A stretch of DNA of 64,000 nucleotides, from the NCBI GenBank assembly GCA_951406725.2, contig OX597817.1:113646001-113710000 (forward strand), written 5' to 3'. A model generated the notes under the pieces. It saw nothing but the letters and a program-made list of their open reading frames with translations. It was not told the DNA's origin and searched no databases. Below are positions 25,401-40,400 of this stretch, one piece after another (the stretch's first letter is position 1; every line of letters begins with the position of its first letter). This DNA is from Octopus vulgaris. Taxonomy: Eukaryota. Made by a program: the position numbers and the translations under genes.

Positions 25401-28400
25401 TCTGGCTAAATCAGCATGACAATATATAACACAGCTGGATATTTGAATAACAGATATAATTTATGTGATTAGCTTAAGTTTCCATCTTTCCAATTTTACT
25501 CACATGGCTTGGATTACTTTGGGCTAAGTTAAAAGGTACTTGCTCAAGCTATCATGCTGTAGGATTGAACCTAAAGCCTCATGATAACAAAGTGAACTAC
25601 TTCACAACTCATCATACCTGCACTGTAAACCTACTTGTAGCCCTCTTTTTTGTATGCCTGTAGTTTACACTTTGTACACACTGTATGAAATTCCAAGGCT
25701 GGCCAATCCATAATTACATTTGAGTCTCCTGTTAACTAGAATGTTCATTTTTGCTAAGTTTACTTCAAGGCTTCACTTTTGCATTCAGAATTTTTGTAAT
25801 TTCTTTGATGGATTCAACTATGGGAACTAGGTCATCAGTATTTAAAATTTCCCATGGGCAGTCACTCTTAAAGTCCTCTGTTATAGCTTGGAGTACTATG
25901 ATAAACAAGAAAGGCTGAGAAACAAACTGATAGATACTTACCTGTTTGCTGAATTCCTTACTGAACTTGTTGCTCACTCTCCTCTTGTTGACAGTATTTC
26001 TGTTCATTGCTTGCATGGCTCTCACAAACCATTTATTTACACTTAGTTTTCTTAGTAACCACGAAACTACAGTGTGTGATACCCTGACAAAGGTTTTCGT
26101 TTTCTTGGTACTAAATATTTGGGCAACACTTGACTCTTCTAAATGATTGGGAAATGAAACCAGTCTATCACAATTCCTACTTATATAAGGTAATAAAACA
26201 TTTTTCATAAGGTTAACGGAGTTAGTGAAAGTAGTAGGCTGGCTTCATATCAAAATCAACTTGAAACTATTTTCTGTCAAATATCAGTTACAAGCTGAAC
26301 ATTCTAATTGTCAAATATAAGATATCTATAAAGAACTAGAGTTGTCAAGTCATTAAAATTTTGGATTAGCCCAGTTAAACATTACATTATTTCCAGAGTT
26401 GTTTATCTCTGCAGTATTCTTGGAACAGAAAGGTATTGCAGTATAAAGTATATATTCAGTAACAGTGCCATCTAACCTGCTATACTAAATGTGTAATAAA
26501 TAAAAAAAGTAGTAAAATTGTAGTTTTGATTTGAAAGTGTTTTTGTTTTTTATATTGAGTTCGGTCTAATAATATTCTAGATATTCCTAGGGTGGTGAGC
26601 TATTAATATCATTAGCACACTAGGCAAAATGCTTAGTGGCATTTCATCCGTTATGTTCTGAGTTCAAATTTTGCCAAGCTTGACTTTGCCTTTCATCCTT
26701 TCAGGGTTGATGTAATCAACTTGCATCCTCACCCGAAAGTGCCAAAATTTAAAAACAATATTCTAAGTATTCCTACACAGGCATAGTAAATGATATTGAA
26801 TATGAAGTAAGCATAGCTGTGTATCTGGATTATTGGTTAATATCATCTCACTTTACCTCTGCTGCTGATGTTTTGGAAAAAGCATCTTCCTGTTATCTTT
26901 AAGCCCTCTGTTGAAAAAGAGACCAATAGTTTCTCTAAGTATAAGATTAGTTAGAACTAAGAGTAAGAGGTAAACATGTCAATAACTTAATTTTGATGAC
27001 CAGTTATAGAAAGCTATTTTTTTTCTTCTTATATTGATAATTCAGTTTTTGAAAACACATAAACATCACAGCTCTCATTTTTGGTCTGTCTTGAAATCAA
27101 TAATCTTTATCATCTTTGATAGATACCTCAGATCACACCAGTGAAAGGGAGTAGTCGTAATCAAGGCCACCCACTATCTCAGTTAGCATCCATCACTCAA
27201 ACTCTCTCTCACTACAGCAAACACATGCCATTACTGTCTCTCTTCCATTACTTCCTCTTGCTCCTTTCACCCATTCAACCTGTCACCATTGCCACCACTC
27301 TTGGTCATATCATGAAACTTTAAACAAATGAAGACACTGCAGGATTGAGAGGTCCCTAAGTCTCTTATTAAAGATGTGGCAACTCCTCTAATGCTACTGT
27401 CATAATAAAGTGGTGAGTATGAGAAGAGCATCTAGCAATTGAAACTATGCCATAATTGGAATGTGGGGTGTGGTCTTCCAAAGGTAGTAATTCTGAGTAA
27501 GATCTGACTCAAACCATAACAGCCTGTTCAACTCATACTAGCATGGAAAGCAAACATAAAAATGATGATATTATTCAAATCCCAGAAGAATTTACTTTTT
27601 CTATATTCTGTAGCCATTAGGATATTTAGAAGTCATGCATTAGAGCCTATTATTTAATTCACTACTCCTTCTAAATGTATGTGAGGCTCTGTGTCTTTGT
27701 CAGAAATCATTATGGAATGGCCAAAATGGTAGAGTACAAGACAAAATACTTTTGTTTCATCCCTCTATGTTCTAATACTGCTATGCTTAATTTTAGTGCC
27801 CAGCCATCTAAGATTGTCAGTATCAGTCATCTGCTGAGGTTGATCACTTTTCTGTATTCCTCCGCAACAAGTTTGCGTCCCAAGTTTAAAAATATTAGAC
27901 ATTATCATGTTATTCATTTTTAGATCTGTTTTTACATATCCCTGTGGTTAAGTGAATATGTTATTGGAGTATTATTTTATAGTTGGATGCCATTCATGTT
28001 ACTTTTGTTTTTCAAGTAAAAGTCTTCTTGTTCCTCACAGCTTTGAAGGTGTCAAGCAAGTGGAGGATTTGTTGATGAGCACTGACAACACCACCACTGT
28101 AACTCCAGTACACTGTAACTTGCATTGAAGCAAGTGAGATGCCAATACATAAATACACACACATTTATACATACAGTTTCTGTTTGCCAAATCCTCTCAC
28201 AGGGCTTTGATCACCCCAGGGTTATACTAGAAGGCCCAAGATTCTATGTAGCGGGACTGAACCTGAAATCACATGGTTGGGAAGTGGATTTGTTAATCAC
28301 ACAGTCGAGCTTGCACCTATATTATCTTATGAATTTGTTATTGGATAGAATTTAAATTTCTTTTTAGAGTCTAATTGCAATGAATGTTATGAAACCAGCA

Positions 28401-31400
28401 AAATCTTATATCTTTTTTATTCTTAGATGAAATTTTGGAATATCAAAATAAGCAATATTTGAGTATGTGTAATAAAATAGTTCTGAACCGGGGTCTGTAT
28501 GACTCTTGTGAAGCCCATAGAAGATTTTGTCAATGTGCAATAAAGTGGTTATACTTCTACAATACACAATATATATATATATATTTTTTAAATACAATTC
28601 TAAATAATATTTAATTATAAAAATACAATAGGATTTTTTAAAGCTTCGAATGGTTATGAGGGTCCACCCATGTAAAAATAGGAATCAAAGGTGTCTATAG
28701 GTGAAAAATGGTTAAGAACATCTGGTCTAATAGAAAAAAAATGGAAGTAATTTTATGTTCTAAAAACTTTTACCTTAACACAAATACAAGTCTTGAGTAT
28801 ATGAAATGATTATAAATAAAAAAAAAAGTATTTTATACCTGTCATTGCTTTATTCTCTGATAAGGTATTGCATAAGGCACCACCATTTTTAAAGCTATTC
28901 TAACATTGTTATTGCAGTTATTTTTAAGTGGTACAATAAAGTACACTCAGTCAAGCAATCTGTAATTAGAAGACAGTGCAGTTTCAGGCACAGGTGACAC
29001 TTGGTGGGGCATCCCTCAAGAATCACCGGGCACCTGCAACCAGCCATTTAAAAAAAATCTGGAAAAACTAGATTCTTGGCTGATTGGGTCCACAGGGTTA
29101 AAACAGCTTTTGACCCAACCCAATCAGCCACTGGCAAAATTTTAACATTAAGTAGCAACCCAGACACCGGCGGATAGTGTCTTCTATCCGCTCATGTTCT
29201 ATCCCGGGTGGCAACCCGCAGACCCAAGCTCTTGTCAACTTCTTCCCACCATACGTAGGAAGAAACAAAATCTCTTTACCCTCTAAAGGCTAGCTTGCAA
29301 ATTTGCGAGCCTACTCAGGGGTGTCAAATAGCAACCACACCGTTGCATATTTGACCCCATCCCTGGAGATGAATTTAATAGTTGGCAAATATTCTACCAA
29401 CTCTTTTTCAATTTGAGTCTTTTGAAAGAGGGTGATGATGTCGAGCGACTTTGAGTAAGTCCTTAACACCACTGTCCTCTCTTCAAAGTCTTTCATCCAC
29501 TGTTTGTGTAGGACAAACTCCCATTCCAACACAGTGTTATTTGTCTTCTTTGCCATGTTTTTTTTTTTTTAAAGTTCACAAATAACAAAAGTTCAAGAGT
29601 TCAAAAAGACATAAAAATGCAAGAAGGAAGGGAGAAGACAAGAAACAGTTAAAAAAAGCACGGCAAACTATTCTGGCTGTCCTGGTACTCCTGGCCAACT
29701 CTGTAATCCTCTTGGTAAGGGCACAAAACTGATAAAATATAAGCACAATTATAATAGGAGAGATATGCCCCCCCCCTATCACACTTCTCACAGCTAAATG
29801 AGATTTTAACACAACCAAAGGCAGACAAATGCGTGGAACTCAGTGGAGATTACTTGTTCAACAAAAATAAATAAACACGAGCAACAAACCCCCACTGAAT
29901 CCAAAAAAACAAATGCCTTAATTGGTAGCTGTGCTTCACTTTTTCAATAATTCACGATGTTGATATACAGCGACGTGACTCCTAGCAGTGCAAAGGAAAC
30001 ACTGACCAATGCATGCGCAGGGAAGCAAGCTTCTTAACTCACAGCCACTCCTGTGCCTATATATATAATTTTTTTTTTGAAATAAAATTAAAATGAGTGT
30101 AAGAGGAGAAAATACAATTTCAGTTCCAATAAAGTGTTACATCTCACAAACATTGAAAGATCATTGTTGATCTTTGTTATTCAAGTCTGCCCACTATTGC
30201 AGTATACACAATATAATATTACATACTTTAGTTTTTGCAAGATAAAACATCTTATCTTGATAGTTGATTTTCATAATGTCAACAACAAATGGGAGAAGTG
30301 AATGAGAAGTTTATGCTTTGCATGATGGTAATGGTGTTGAAGATAACATGTAAATGGAAAATTTTGAGATTGCAGCTTTTATTGGAAAATTTCTGGCATT
30401 GAGCCTATAAGAATTTCCAAAAAGTTTTGAAGTTTCCTACATGATTTACCAGTAATGGAAACACGTTATTTATTCCTTTCTCTCTTTATTATTGAAAAAA
30501 GGAATTTCAACTGTTTGAAAAGAATTTTCAATAAGCGATTGTGCTATTTTGAGTCTCTCATTAATATTGATCTTTAGTCTGAAACGACTAAAGAATGAAG
30601 AGTTACTTTGCTTTTAGTCTTTAAATTTTAACTTCTTTGTGACTACATTTCTCATGAATGTATACTGCCTGTATGTTTCAATTCTGAAAATAATCAAGAA
30701 TTTGGAGGGATTTAGCCACCTTTGAAAAAATATTTTGTAGTAGGGTCCTTAAAGCGTTGGGAAAAATACCATGCAATACTTGTGGCTTTTCTGAGTTTAA
30801 ATCCACCAAAGTCAACTTTCAGTTTCCTTGGGCCAATAAAATGAAGTACTAGTGAAAAACTGAGGTCAGTTTAATCCTTTTAATGTGGAAATTGGGTATA
30901 TCCACTCAAAATTTCAATAGTCTTAACTGCAGAAAGCACTTTTATATACCAATCTATCTTTTGAGTAATGTCATGTTTATTGTGGCAATGTGATTCGCAG
31001 AAAATACCAACTCTATTTTTTGGTAAATATTTAGCATTATCACTGGAATAACCATGAAATTTAATTCCACAATTAAAGGATTACTTGACTAATCTCCTCC
31101 CTAAACTTTTTAGCCTTGTGCCTATGTTAGAAAATTATTAAGCTCATAAAATTATGATGGAAGGTTTTAATTTAAATATAGACACTTTAATAGAAAAGTT
31201 TTGTGTTACAGTATTAGTGGTCAGTCTCATGCAGTTGGTATCAAAAAGGTTAACTACATATTTTAGGTTCTTCATTTTAGAATAAATGCGACTGTGCAGG
31301 GAAATGTACAAGAAAGTGATTCTAACAGATTATGATAACATTGTTTAACATGATTTTTGTCCTTGGGTAGCAACTGTTATTCCCTATTTGCTTACCCTTA

Positions 31401-34400
31401 GAAAATATGGAAAATGGTTAATATTTCCTTCAAACTTTGCTTTTATTACATTTTTTTCTAACCCCCAAAGAATCCCCCACTACTCCTGCTCAGGACCAGT
31501 GGTCCTCATTGTCAGCAAATTAGAGACATGCTCAAGTGGTTAAGCTCAAGCAACTGATGAGCAAATTTGTGGTATTGAGCAGAATATTTGCTATAACAAT
31601 GCTTCTGCTTCTGTAACCCAGCACTGAATCTGTCTGAAATGTAATGGAAAATAGGTCAGTTTCGAAACATTGATGTCCCTGTCACAAAAGCAAAGTTTGA
31701 AGGGAATAGTAGTCGTTTCCTTTGATTTCAAGAGAGAATGAAATAGGAAATAACACTTACTGACCAAAGACAAATAAATAAAAATTTTGCTACACAGTGT
31801 CATGTTAAACTTTCTTTATACAATTCAACAGGAGGAATGAGTAAGCCTCTGGATAGTAGTTTACTGCTTTGTGCTTGTGAAAGCTCACTCACTCTGCATC
31901 AAAATATATCAGTAGGAAAAATTCAGGATTAGAAGCTGGGTATCCAGGCTCCAAGCAGATTTGTTTTCCCTAGACATTTTGAAGTTCTGTATCTTTTTTT
32001 TTTTTTTTAAGTATTACTTTCCAGTTATCTCTTCCAGTAGCTGTTTTTATGTAAACCAACTGTTGCTTCATCAACCCTTAGATTTGTTATTCTTGTTTCA
32101 AAGTTGTACATTTGCAAGAGTGACAAATGAATAGCAATTTACTTAGATATCTTGTCTAATGTAGCTGAACATTTAGACTGAGCTAATAAAGGGACCTCTA
32201 CATGGTTGCTTGACTTGTTAGAAATAGCAACTAAGTCACATCGCAGCCTCTTGATTTAAGAGATTGGACACTTTGGATAAGGTAGTCTTGGGTACAGAGA
32301 AAGAGGGATGGAATGAGCATGGCTGGATTGCTTTTAATCATAGGTCTGCTTGAACAGAGCTGACAAGATCACACATTATTTGGTGGCGTACAAATAGATT
32401 TATTAGATTTGGATAAATAACTTTTAAGGGCTGTTAATTCTATATAGAAATGTATCAAAAAGTTAATGTTTTAAAATCTGTTAATGAGTGTAATAGTTCT
32501 TTGAATCTAATTGATAGGAATTGTTACTTATCTAGGCAAGCTAATAAAAGTTGGCATTTAAGGACCACTGATATTGCAATGGTTGTAATCCATAAGAGAG
32601 AAGTGAAGCTATTTCTAAAAAGGATTCTCTCTCAGTTGATAAAAGCATGTTGTAAATGTCAGATGTTCAACACTATTTAACTGAATTTTGAGTTAAGGAG
32701 GCAGATGACAGGTTTGAAGAACTGGGGGTGATGAAATCAGTATATAGAAAAGATTGATTGGCTTGACTTGCCCAAAATCTGGTCTTTTCTACAGCTAGTA
32801 CAGAGATCTTTGCTCTTCATACTCCACTCAAATTTTCTTTTGCCTTTCCTCCTCTTGTTATCTATATCCCACCCAACCCTGGTCTCCTCACTAACCATTT
32901 CACCCAGTACTTCTCCTCTTCAATGTCATCTTTTGGAATCCTCTGCTTGTTCTTCTTTTTCTTGCAATTGTCACCTTGCAACTATTCAAAGGTAACATTA
33001 ACTCTGAACTTAGCAGTATGGGAGGACTTGTGAAATCAATGGATACAAGTTGTGGTGCACCTGAGCACTGTATACAATAATTTCATTATTGTTATTATCA
33101 TTTCATCCAAACCAATAAAAATGAAATGAAATATGATTCATCTGATGTCTTGTGTGCAAGTGTTAGTAAATTTAACCTGCCAAGATCTAGAAAACAGACT
33201 TTATAGATAGATGCTAAGAAGAAACAATAACTAAGTAGAAAGTGTTTTAAGTGTTTTCATCTGGTTGCAGCAGAGGATAACTGAAATAGGTCAAGGAAAA
33301 CGAATGTGGTAATGAAGATAACAAAACTAAGACTGGAATTAATTTTGAATATCTACACATTGTCAAAGGATATACAGCACTTCTTCTAATGGTCTCTCAC
33401 TCACTGATGTTCATTTTCACTTGTTTGTTCATTGTTTGTTTTTACATACTAGCATAGGCTAAGGCACTTTTTTTATGGTTGGATGACCATCCTGTCACTA
33501 GCCTCATGAGTCAAGAGTGGCTTTTCCAGCACATCTCCCTTGCCATTCTCTAGGGCAGCCCCTTTTCTATTTTGTCTGCTGGGACCTTGAGGTGGTCTGA
33601 ATTACAGGAAATTGCATGTTCCCTAATGTTTGTAAAGTGTATCAATAATAAAAGGATTTCATTTGTGAATTATATAATTGTGATATGTGTACAACATATG
33701 GCTGTATATGATATAATGGTAAAGTTTGTGGTGCTTTTTTATTTTTATTTATATATACTTTTTGTCTTTAATGATTTAGTCAAAAGAGGATTGGCAGTGC
33801 CCATAGCTCTTTTCAAATCTTCAAGGCTGGTAAGGATAAGTTACTTTCAGACCAGAGAACCCTAGTCCAAATGCTTGCAACAGTGTGTACTCCACTTAAG
33901 GTCCAGGTGGTAGTGTCGAATTGGGCACCATATTAGAATACAGGTGGAATACGTTGAGTTCGAGTCGGGTATAAGGTCAAGGTCAAGTTGTTGCCAAAAA
34001 ATAAATAAATAAATAAATAAATACAATGCATAAATTGTTGAGAAACAAATACTATATTTGAAGGCATGTAGCCTAATGTTTAGAGTGAGACATTCATGAT
34101 TGTTAGATCATAGTCTTCATTCCTGGACTGCGTTGTGTTGTGTTCTTGAGCAAAACACTCCGTTTCATGTTGCCCTGCCATCACTTTGACATGTGGCACA
34201 TTGTGCACCTGTACCGACAATGTCACTTTGATGGAGAGAGTGAGCTAATGTGTCGCACCAACATTTGATCTCTATAAACAAAACATCTGTGCAGGTTGTT
34301 TAGCAAGAAGTTGTAGCACACTCATTTGTTTGTCTACAACAAACAAATATTTAAAATTGGTTTCAAATTTTGGCGCAAGACCAGCGAGTTCAGGGGAGGG

Positions 34401-37400
34401 GTAAGTTGATTATATCGGCCCCCAGTACACAACTAGTACTTATTTTACCGGTCCCAAAAGGATAAAAGGCAAAGTTGACCCCAGCAGAATTTGAATGCAG
34501 TACTTAAAGACAGAATTTGAACACAGAACATAAAGACAGATGGAATGTCATTAAGTGTTTTGCCTGGCATGCTAACAATTCTGCCAGCCTGCTGCCTTAA
34601 ACAAGTATGTGAAATTAAACTTTTATACTGGTGACCTTTTATCTATCCATCTATTTTAAAGTTTAATACTTTGGGCAGTTTGTGATAGGAATAACAACTT
34701 ACTGTAACGAAGGAAAACAGACTTTCTATATGATTTAATAATTGTTTTTACCTTCAATGACAACATTTTAACAAGATTTAGCTGGTTTGAATGTTAAAGG
34801 GTTAATGTTGATGTAGCAGAAATTAAAGGTGACCCAAGTACCTTTATCATTCTAAATTCATCGGGGATCATTAGAATTGGCACTTTTTTGTATCAGTTAT
34901 ATATTGAGTAAAATTGACTTGAATATACCTGCCACTTCAAATCTCCCACAAATTTTATTTTATTGAATATATGTATTTTTTAACTTTCAGTTATTGCAAC
35001 CTTTATACTTTAAATATCATTCAACCACGGCAGTGGTTGAATATATTCTTAAGTCCACTATTTCATCAATTATGGCAGCTTCCAAGCTTCACCACTAATT
35101 CAGTTCTAAACTAAATTGCAAACTGTTAATAGTTTTAAAGAGGACACCTCCTCAGCTACACTTTGGCATAAATAGTTTGAGATTTGGTTCAGTAGAAAAA
35201 AAAGTTACATCAAAATATCTGCAACCTCAAGGGGGTGCAGTAAGGCAGATATTCAGTTTCAATTAACATAATTTTTCAATTTTAAATTAAAAGTATACCT
35301 TTCTTAGGCTTAAATGATAGAAAAATGTATGAGGAATTCAGAATCGCTAGTCACATTGAACAAAAATTAGTAGAAAAAGAGTTATGAAGTAAAATGTTAC
35401 GAAATTTCATGTCACTAAGGGAGTAATGCTTCAGCAATGAGAATAAAAAATACATTTCTAAAATGAATGTTTACTTTCTAAGGCAGTGAGCTAGCAGAAC
35501 ATTAGTGCATCAGGTAAAATGCTTAATGGTATTTTGTTTGTCTTAATGTTTTTGAGTTCAAATTTTGCCGAGGTCAACTTCTGGATACTGCTAGGGTTTA
35601 TTCTTAACATTTTTGACAAAATTTTGTATTTTAGAAGCGGTATTTCATCTGTCTTTATGTTCTGAGTTCAAATCCTGCCAAGGTCAACTTTGCCTTTCAT
35701 CCATTTCGGATCTATTCAATTAGACGTACAAGATTATTTAATTAATTTTTTTTAACTAAACACTTCCAAACTTCCAATACTGGTAGAATGTGTCACATCG
35801 AACAGGGTTTACTCCTAACATTTTTGACAAAATTTCGTATTTTAGAAGTTAATCCATCAGAAGTTACGGAGTGACACTGGACAAATTCGTTTTTGATGAG
35901 TGCCAATACACGAAACTCTCAGCATTTGACTTACTCTCTATCTGCCAATGATATATATACATATTACCTATATGTGTAAAAAAAAATCTCATCACACAAT
36001 CAAACCAATGCACGTGCCTCTACCTGGTCGCTTGACATGCTAAAAATAGCAGCCAAAGTATTCCCCTACCTAAATCACACGCCCATTGTATGTAATGTCC
36101 TAAATTATCCCTAAAAAGATGGTTTACTGAAGGCTGGAATGTCTTTGATGATATGTTTGAGTATCAGGGTTTATTTGAGGCTAAATTACAAAATTATGAT
36201 CAATTTCTATATTAACACCCGCACAATTTTCACTAAGAAAAATACAAAATTGATTTTTTGCATGGAATCAAGTACTCTAACCTCCTAATATGCTGCAAAT
36301 CCCTTATTTTTGGTTTGGAAATAATGAGATGAGGTTCCCCCCCATCCAATCCCGGAATCATTGGAAATTTTTTTTTTTCTTTGAATGACTTCCTGTGACC
36401 TCTTAATATTGCAAAATTAGGTTACTTAAGGTGAGCCTGGTAACTGATGGTTTTGGGTCTTGTTGTTTGTAACTTTTGGTGAGCCATGGTGCAATCAACA
36501 ACATGGTAAAAATTCTTGCCATTAATTTGGTGTGGATATTTAAATTAAACACGAAAAAAATTGAAATATTATCATCACTTACATGGAAAAATTGAAATAT
36601 TATCTTTCAATAGCTTATAAGGTAAAATCTTAAATTATTGACACATTATTAATTATCTTAAAACAGCAATGCCTGGAAAAATCATGGATTACATGGAAAA
36701 CTGTGAGCATGAAAAGTCATATTCTTAAGATTATAAACATGGAAAAGTACAGGACAAGTTATTATACCTGTAAAAGTATAGGACAAGCTATTCTAGAAAA
36801 GTAAAGAATAAGTAACTTTTTACTTAAAATGTTGCAGCTAAAATTAAAATTTGAACATTAAAACTTATTTTATTATAGTTTACAAATAACACTATACTTA
36901 GGTAGAATTTGGCTAATTTGTGACCTTAAATACAGAAAAAAGTGACTAATTTGACAAACTTAGAAATTAGCTGCAAAGTTTTGTACAATAAATTTAAAAG
37001 ATGAGAACTGTAAAGAGTGATAAATTAGAACTGGCATTCTTTGCTGCAATATGTTAAGTAAAAAGTTTCTTATTCTTTACTTTACTAGAAGTAATAGCTT
37101 GTCCTATACTTTTACATGTGTAATAACTTGTCCTGTACTTTTACATGTTTATAATCTTAAGAATATGACTTTTCATGCTCGCATTTTTCCATGTAATAAA
37201 GAATGTTTGTTGGTAAAATAACATCAATATTTAACATTTTCTCATATTTACTGATTCTCTTATATTTTGCAGGAAATAACCAGGATAGAAGATATTCAAA
37301 TCTGTATTGACACTTTGGAACAACACAGCTGGAACTTAGATGTATGTTAATATTTATCAATTTTTAATTAATACAAAACTTAAACATTGAATAAAGGGCT

Positions 37401-40400
37401 TATGAAGCATAATAGCTGTGAGGTTAAGATGAATGGCTGCAAACCATATGATCATAAGTCCAAATCTTACTTCAGCTTTTGTGGTGATGTTCCCTGAGTA
37501 TTATACATAATTCGGCTTGCTTCAGTTCTTGAGAAAAAGAAAGAAAAAAAAGGAAAGGAAACAAATCTATTTCATTAAGTAATTAGTAACAATGATCACA
37601 ACAGAATAAAAATATTCCGCTCGTGCAAACATGTCAGATTGGATGTAAAGTACTGAAGTGGATTATAAATATCAATGAATAAACTTTCTGGTTTATTCTT
37701 TGGCTACAACCATATTGCGGCACAGCCCTTAACTCTTTCGTTACTATATTTCTGACCAAAATACACCCCTTATGTGTTTCAATTAATTTCTAACATAATC
37801 ATAAATTTAGTCTGGTTTCATTAAACAACTATAACTTTTTTATTTATCAATATATTAATGTGATTTTTGGAAGATAATTTAATGAAATGTTCTCAACCAA
37901 TTCTATACTATAATTTTTGTCACAAAGTGACTCTAATTGCAGGTAGATACAAGTAAATTCAACAAAATATAAAATTATTAAAATTTTGTTCAAACATCGC
38001 TATAGAAAATGGGTTATTAGCTAATATTCAATTGGGTATACAACAAAATTTTACGATAGAATTTGTTATTCTGGGTAACTTTCTGATACCCATAATAATA
38101 TTTATGGCAAAATAGTCTTAATTTCATTTAAGGTTGTGGGAAACCACTAACTATCCTTTCTTTCGCTTTGTTTACATTTAGCGTAACGGTTCGTTTCCGC
38201 CGTAATGATTTCAAATAGGCTCATTCGAAAAAGTAAAAAGAAATAGTCTAAGGCTTTACTCTCCTGGGAAAGTCTGTGGCTTGGTCCAGTTTCTTCAGAA
38301 AAATCACCGAAAGAAACAGTTTTTAAATTTTCACTCCATTCAGGTGCCAATTCATTTTCTTTATCGCTGTCGGAAAATGAAACATCAGATTCATTATCAA
38401 ATACCACGTGCTTTTTTTTTTTCAGTCATAGAGTTAGATTTATGAAGGTCTTCAGTAGAAAATCCTTCGAATTCTGACTCGCTGCTTGATATAATGAAAT
38501 TCGTATCCATTTTTTGTCAGAATTACAAATTTTGAAAACACAATAGGAACAAATTTCGGAAAAAAATCTCCCAAAATTCACGGAATTAAAATTACACTTC
38601 GATTGTTGTACAAAACTGTAGATGGACTGTTTACGAAGTATAATACGTGTTTTCACGAATGTACTAAAGAGATTTGCTCTGATATTCTCATTTAAATATG
38701 AATAGGTAAATACGGGCGGGTTTGGTCACATTAACCAAAATTTTTTTCGGGTGGCTTTGGGCGGTTTGGTAACGAAAGGGTTAAACTTTGGTACTTAAAG
38801 TTGATTCGGTGTAAGGGGACATAATTGGAGCAGCAGAGAGCACCATAAAGTATTTTTGACTGTGTGGTCAAATTTTTTTTTATTTTGATGAAATAATGAA
38901 CAGAGATTCTTCTATCTCATACCAATATGTGCATGGGCTCACACACACACATAGAATGGACTGCTACTGAGTTTTGTTTACCAAATTTCATGTACAAGAC
39001 TTTGGTCAATCCAAAGTTATGGTAGAAGAAACTTGAAGAAACTTGCCCAATACAGTCAAACCCAAAGTAATATATTAACAAAGCAAATTTCTTAACCAAA
39101 TAACCTTGCCTGAATGCATATGCTTAGCTATTGCTAGTGCCTTAGCTGTTTCTCTTGTTGCAATAAGAAAACACACATGGTCACCAATGTATTTTAAAAT
39201 ATATTGCTCAAGTTATTGTCTTGAAGTAGACCTATTAGATAATAGGGTCTCACCTACATTATCTGGAAATAAGATAAGATGGTCACCAATGGGATGTCTT
39301 TGATCATAGGTGTACTTGATCACAACTGACTTATGGTTAAACAATAGCAACAAAATATATATATTAAGCTTCATGTTTCTTCAGAACAATCACAAACATG
39401 AAAATGCTACACAAGTTTAGACATGTTTTCTTGATAGCCGATGTAATATATTTTTCTTCTACTGATTTGTATGAGTATTTCCAAGAGTTTTAGCTAATTT
39501 ATATTGTCCCTGGGCAAAGTTAACTTGAGTATAAAGAAACAAAGCCAAATACTACTAAGTGTCTGGCTTACCTTGATGCACTGATTCTATCACCTTTGTA
39601 TTTACATCTGAAAGAAATTTCATTCAAAATGTTTCAGTGACCTTTCTACACTTAGGTTCAATCCCAGAACAGTGTGGTTGTGAAACTAACTTGGCCACAT
39701 AGCCATACCTGTGCCCATTCCATATATATATTTTTGATGTTGTGAATGAGACTTGCCTTGGAGAATAAACACTTTATGTGCTTCTATAATATAAAGTATC
39801 CCTTAGGGCTTCACACTTAATTTCATGCCAAGAATATAATTTTTAAGTGTAGTTAACTAAAATTTATTAAGGGAACCTAAATATATTTCTTTTGAAACAG
39901 TATTATTACAAAAGGTAGTGCATTGTCATCATCATTATTATTGTAGCAGCAGACAAAATGACTTATAGTATTAATCCTTTAGCATTCAGATTACTGTCAA
40001 ATATAATACATGTTCATTCACATTAATTTGAATTAATCATGTGTTATCTTGTAGTCTTGAGATTTCGATGATGTGATTATTTTTTGAATGACATTGTTGG
40101 ATATGTGTGAGAGGCCAGATCTGGCTAGTTTGAACATAAAACAGGTTGAAAATTTGGGGTTGGATATTGTCAATTTAAATGCTAATGGCTTAATCAGCAC
40201 CTTTTGCGGTTTGAGTTAAAATTCTACTGATGTTAACCTTGATGTAGTTCTAGAGTTGATAAAATAAAATACTAATTGAGTATTGGATTGAAATAACTGA
40301 CTTCACTTCCAGTACCACCTTCTCCACACCCCTGTCAATCAACTGTATTGATCTGCATTCTTGCATGGAGTAACAAATAGTAATAACAGCAGTATAATTA

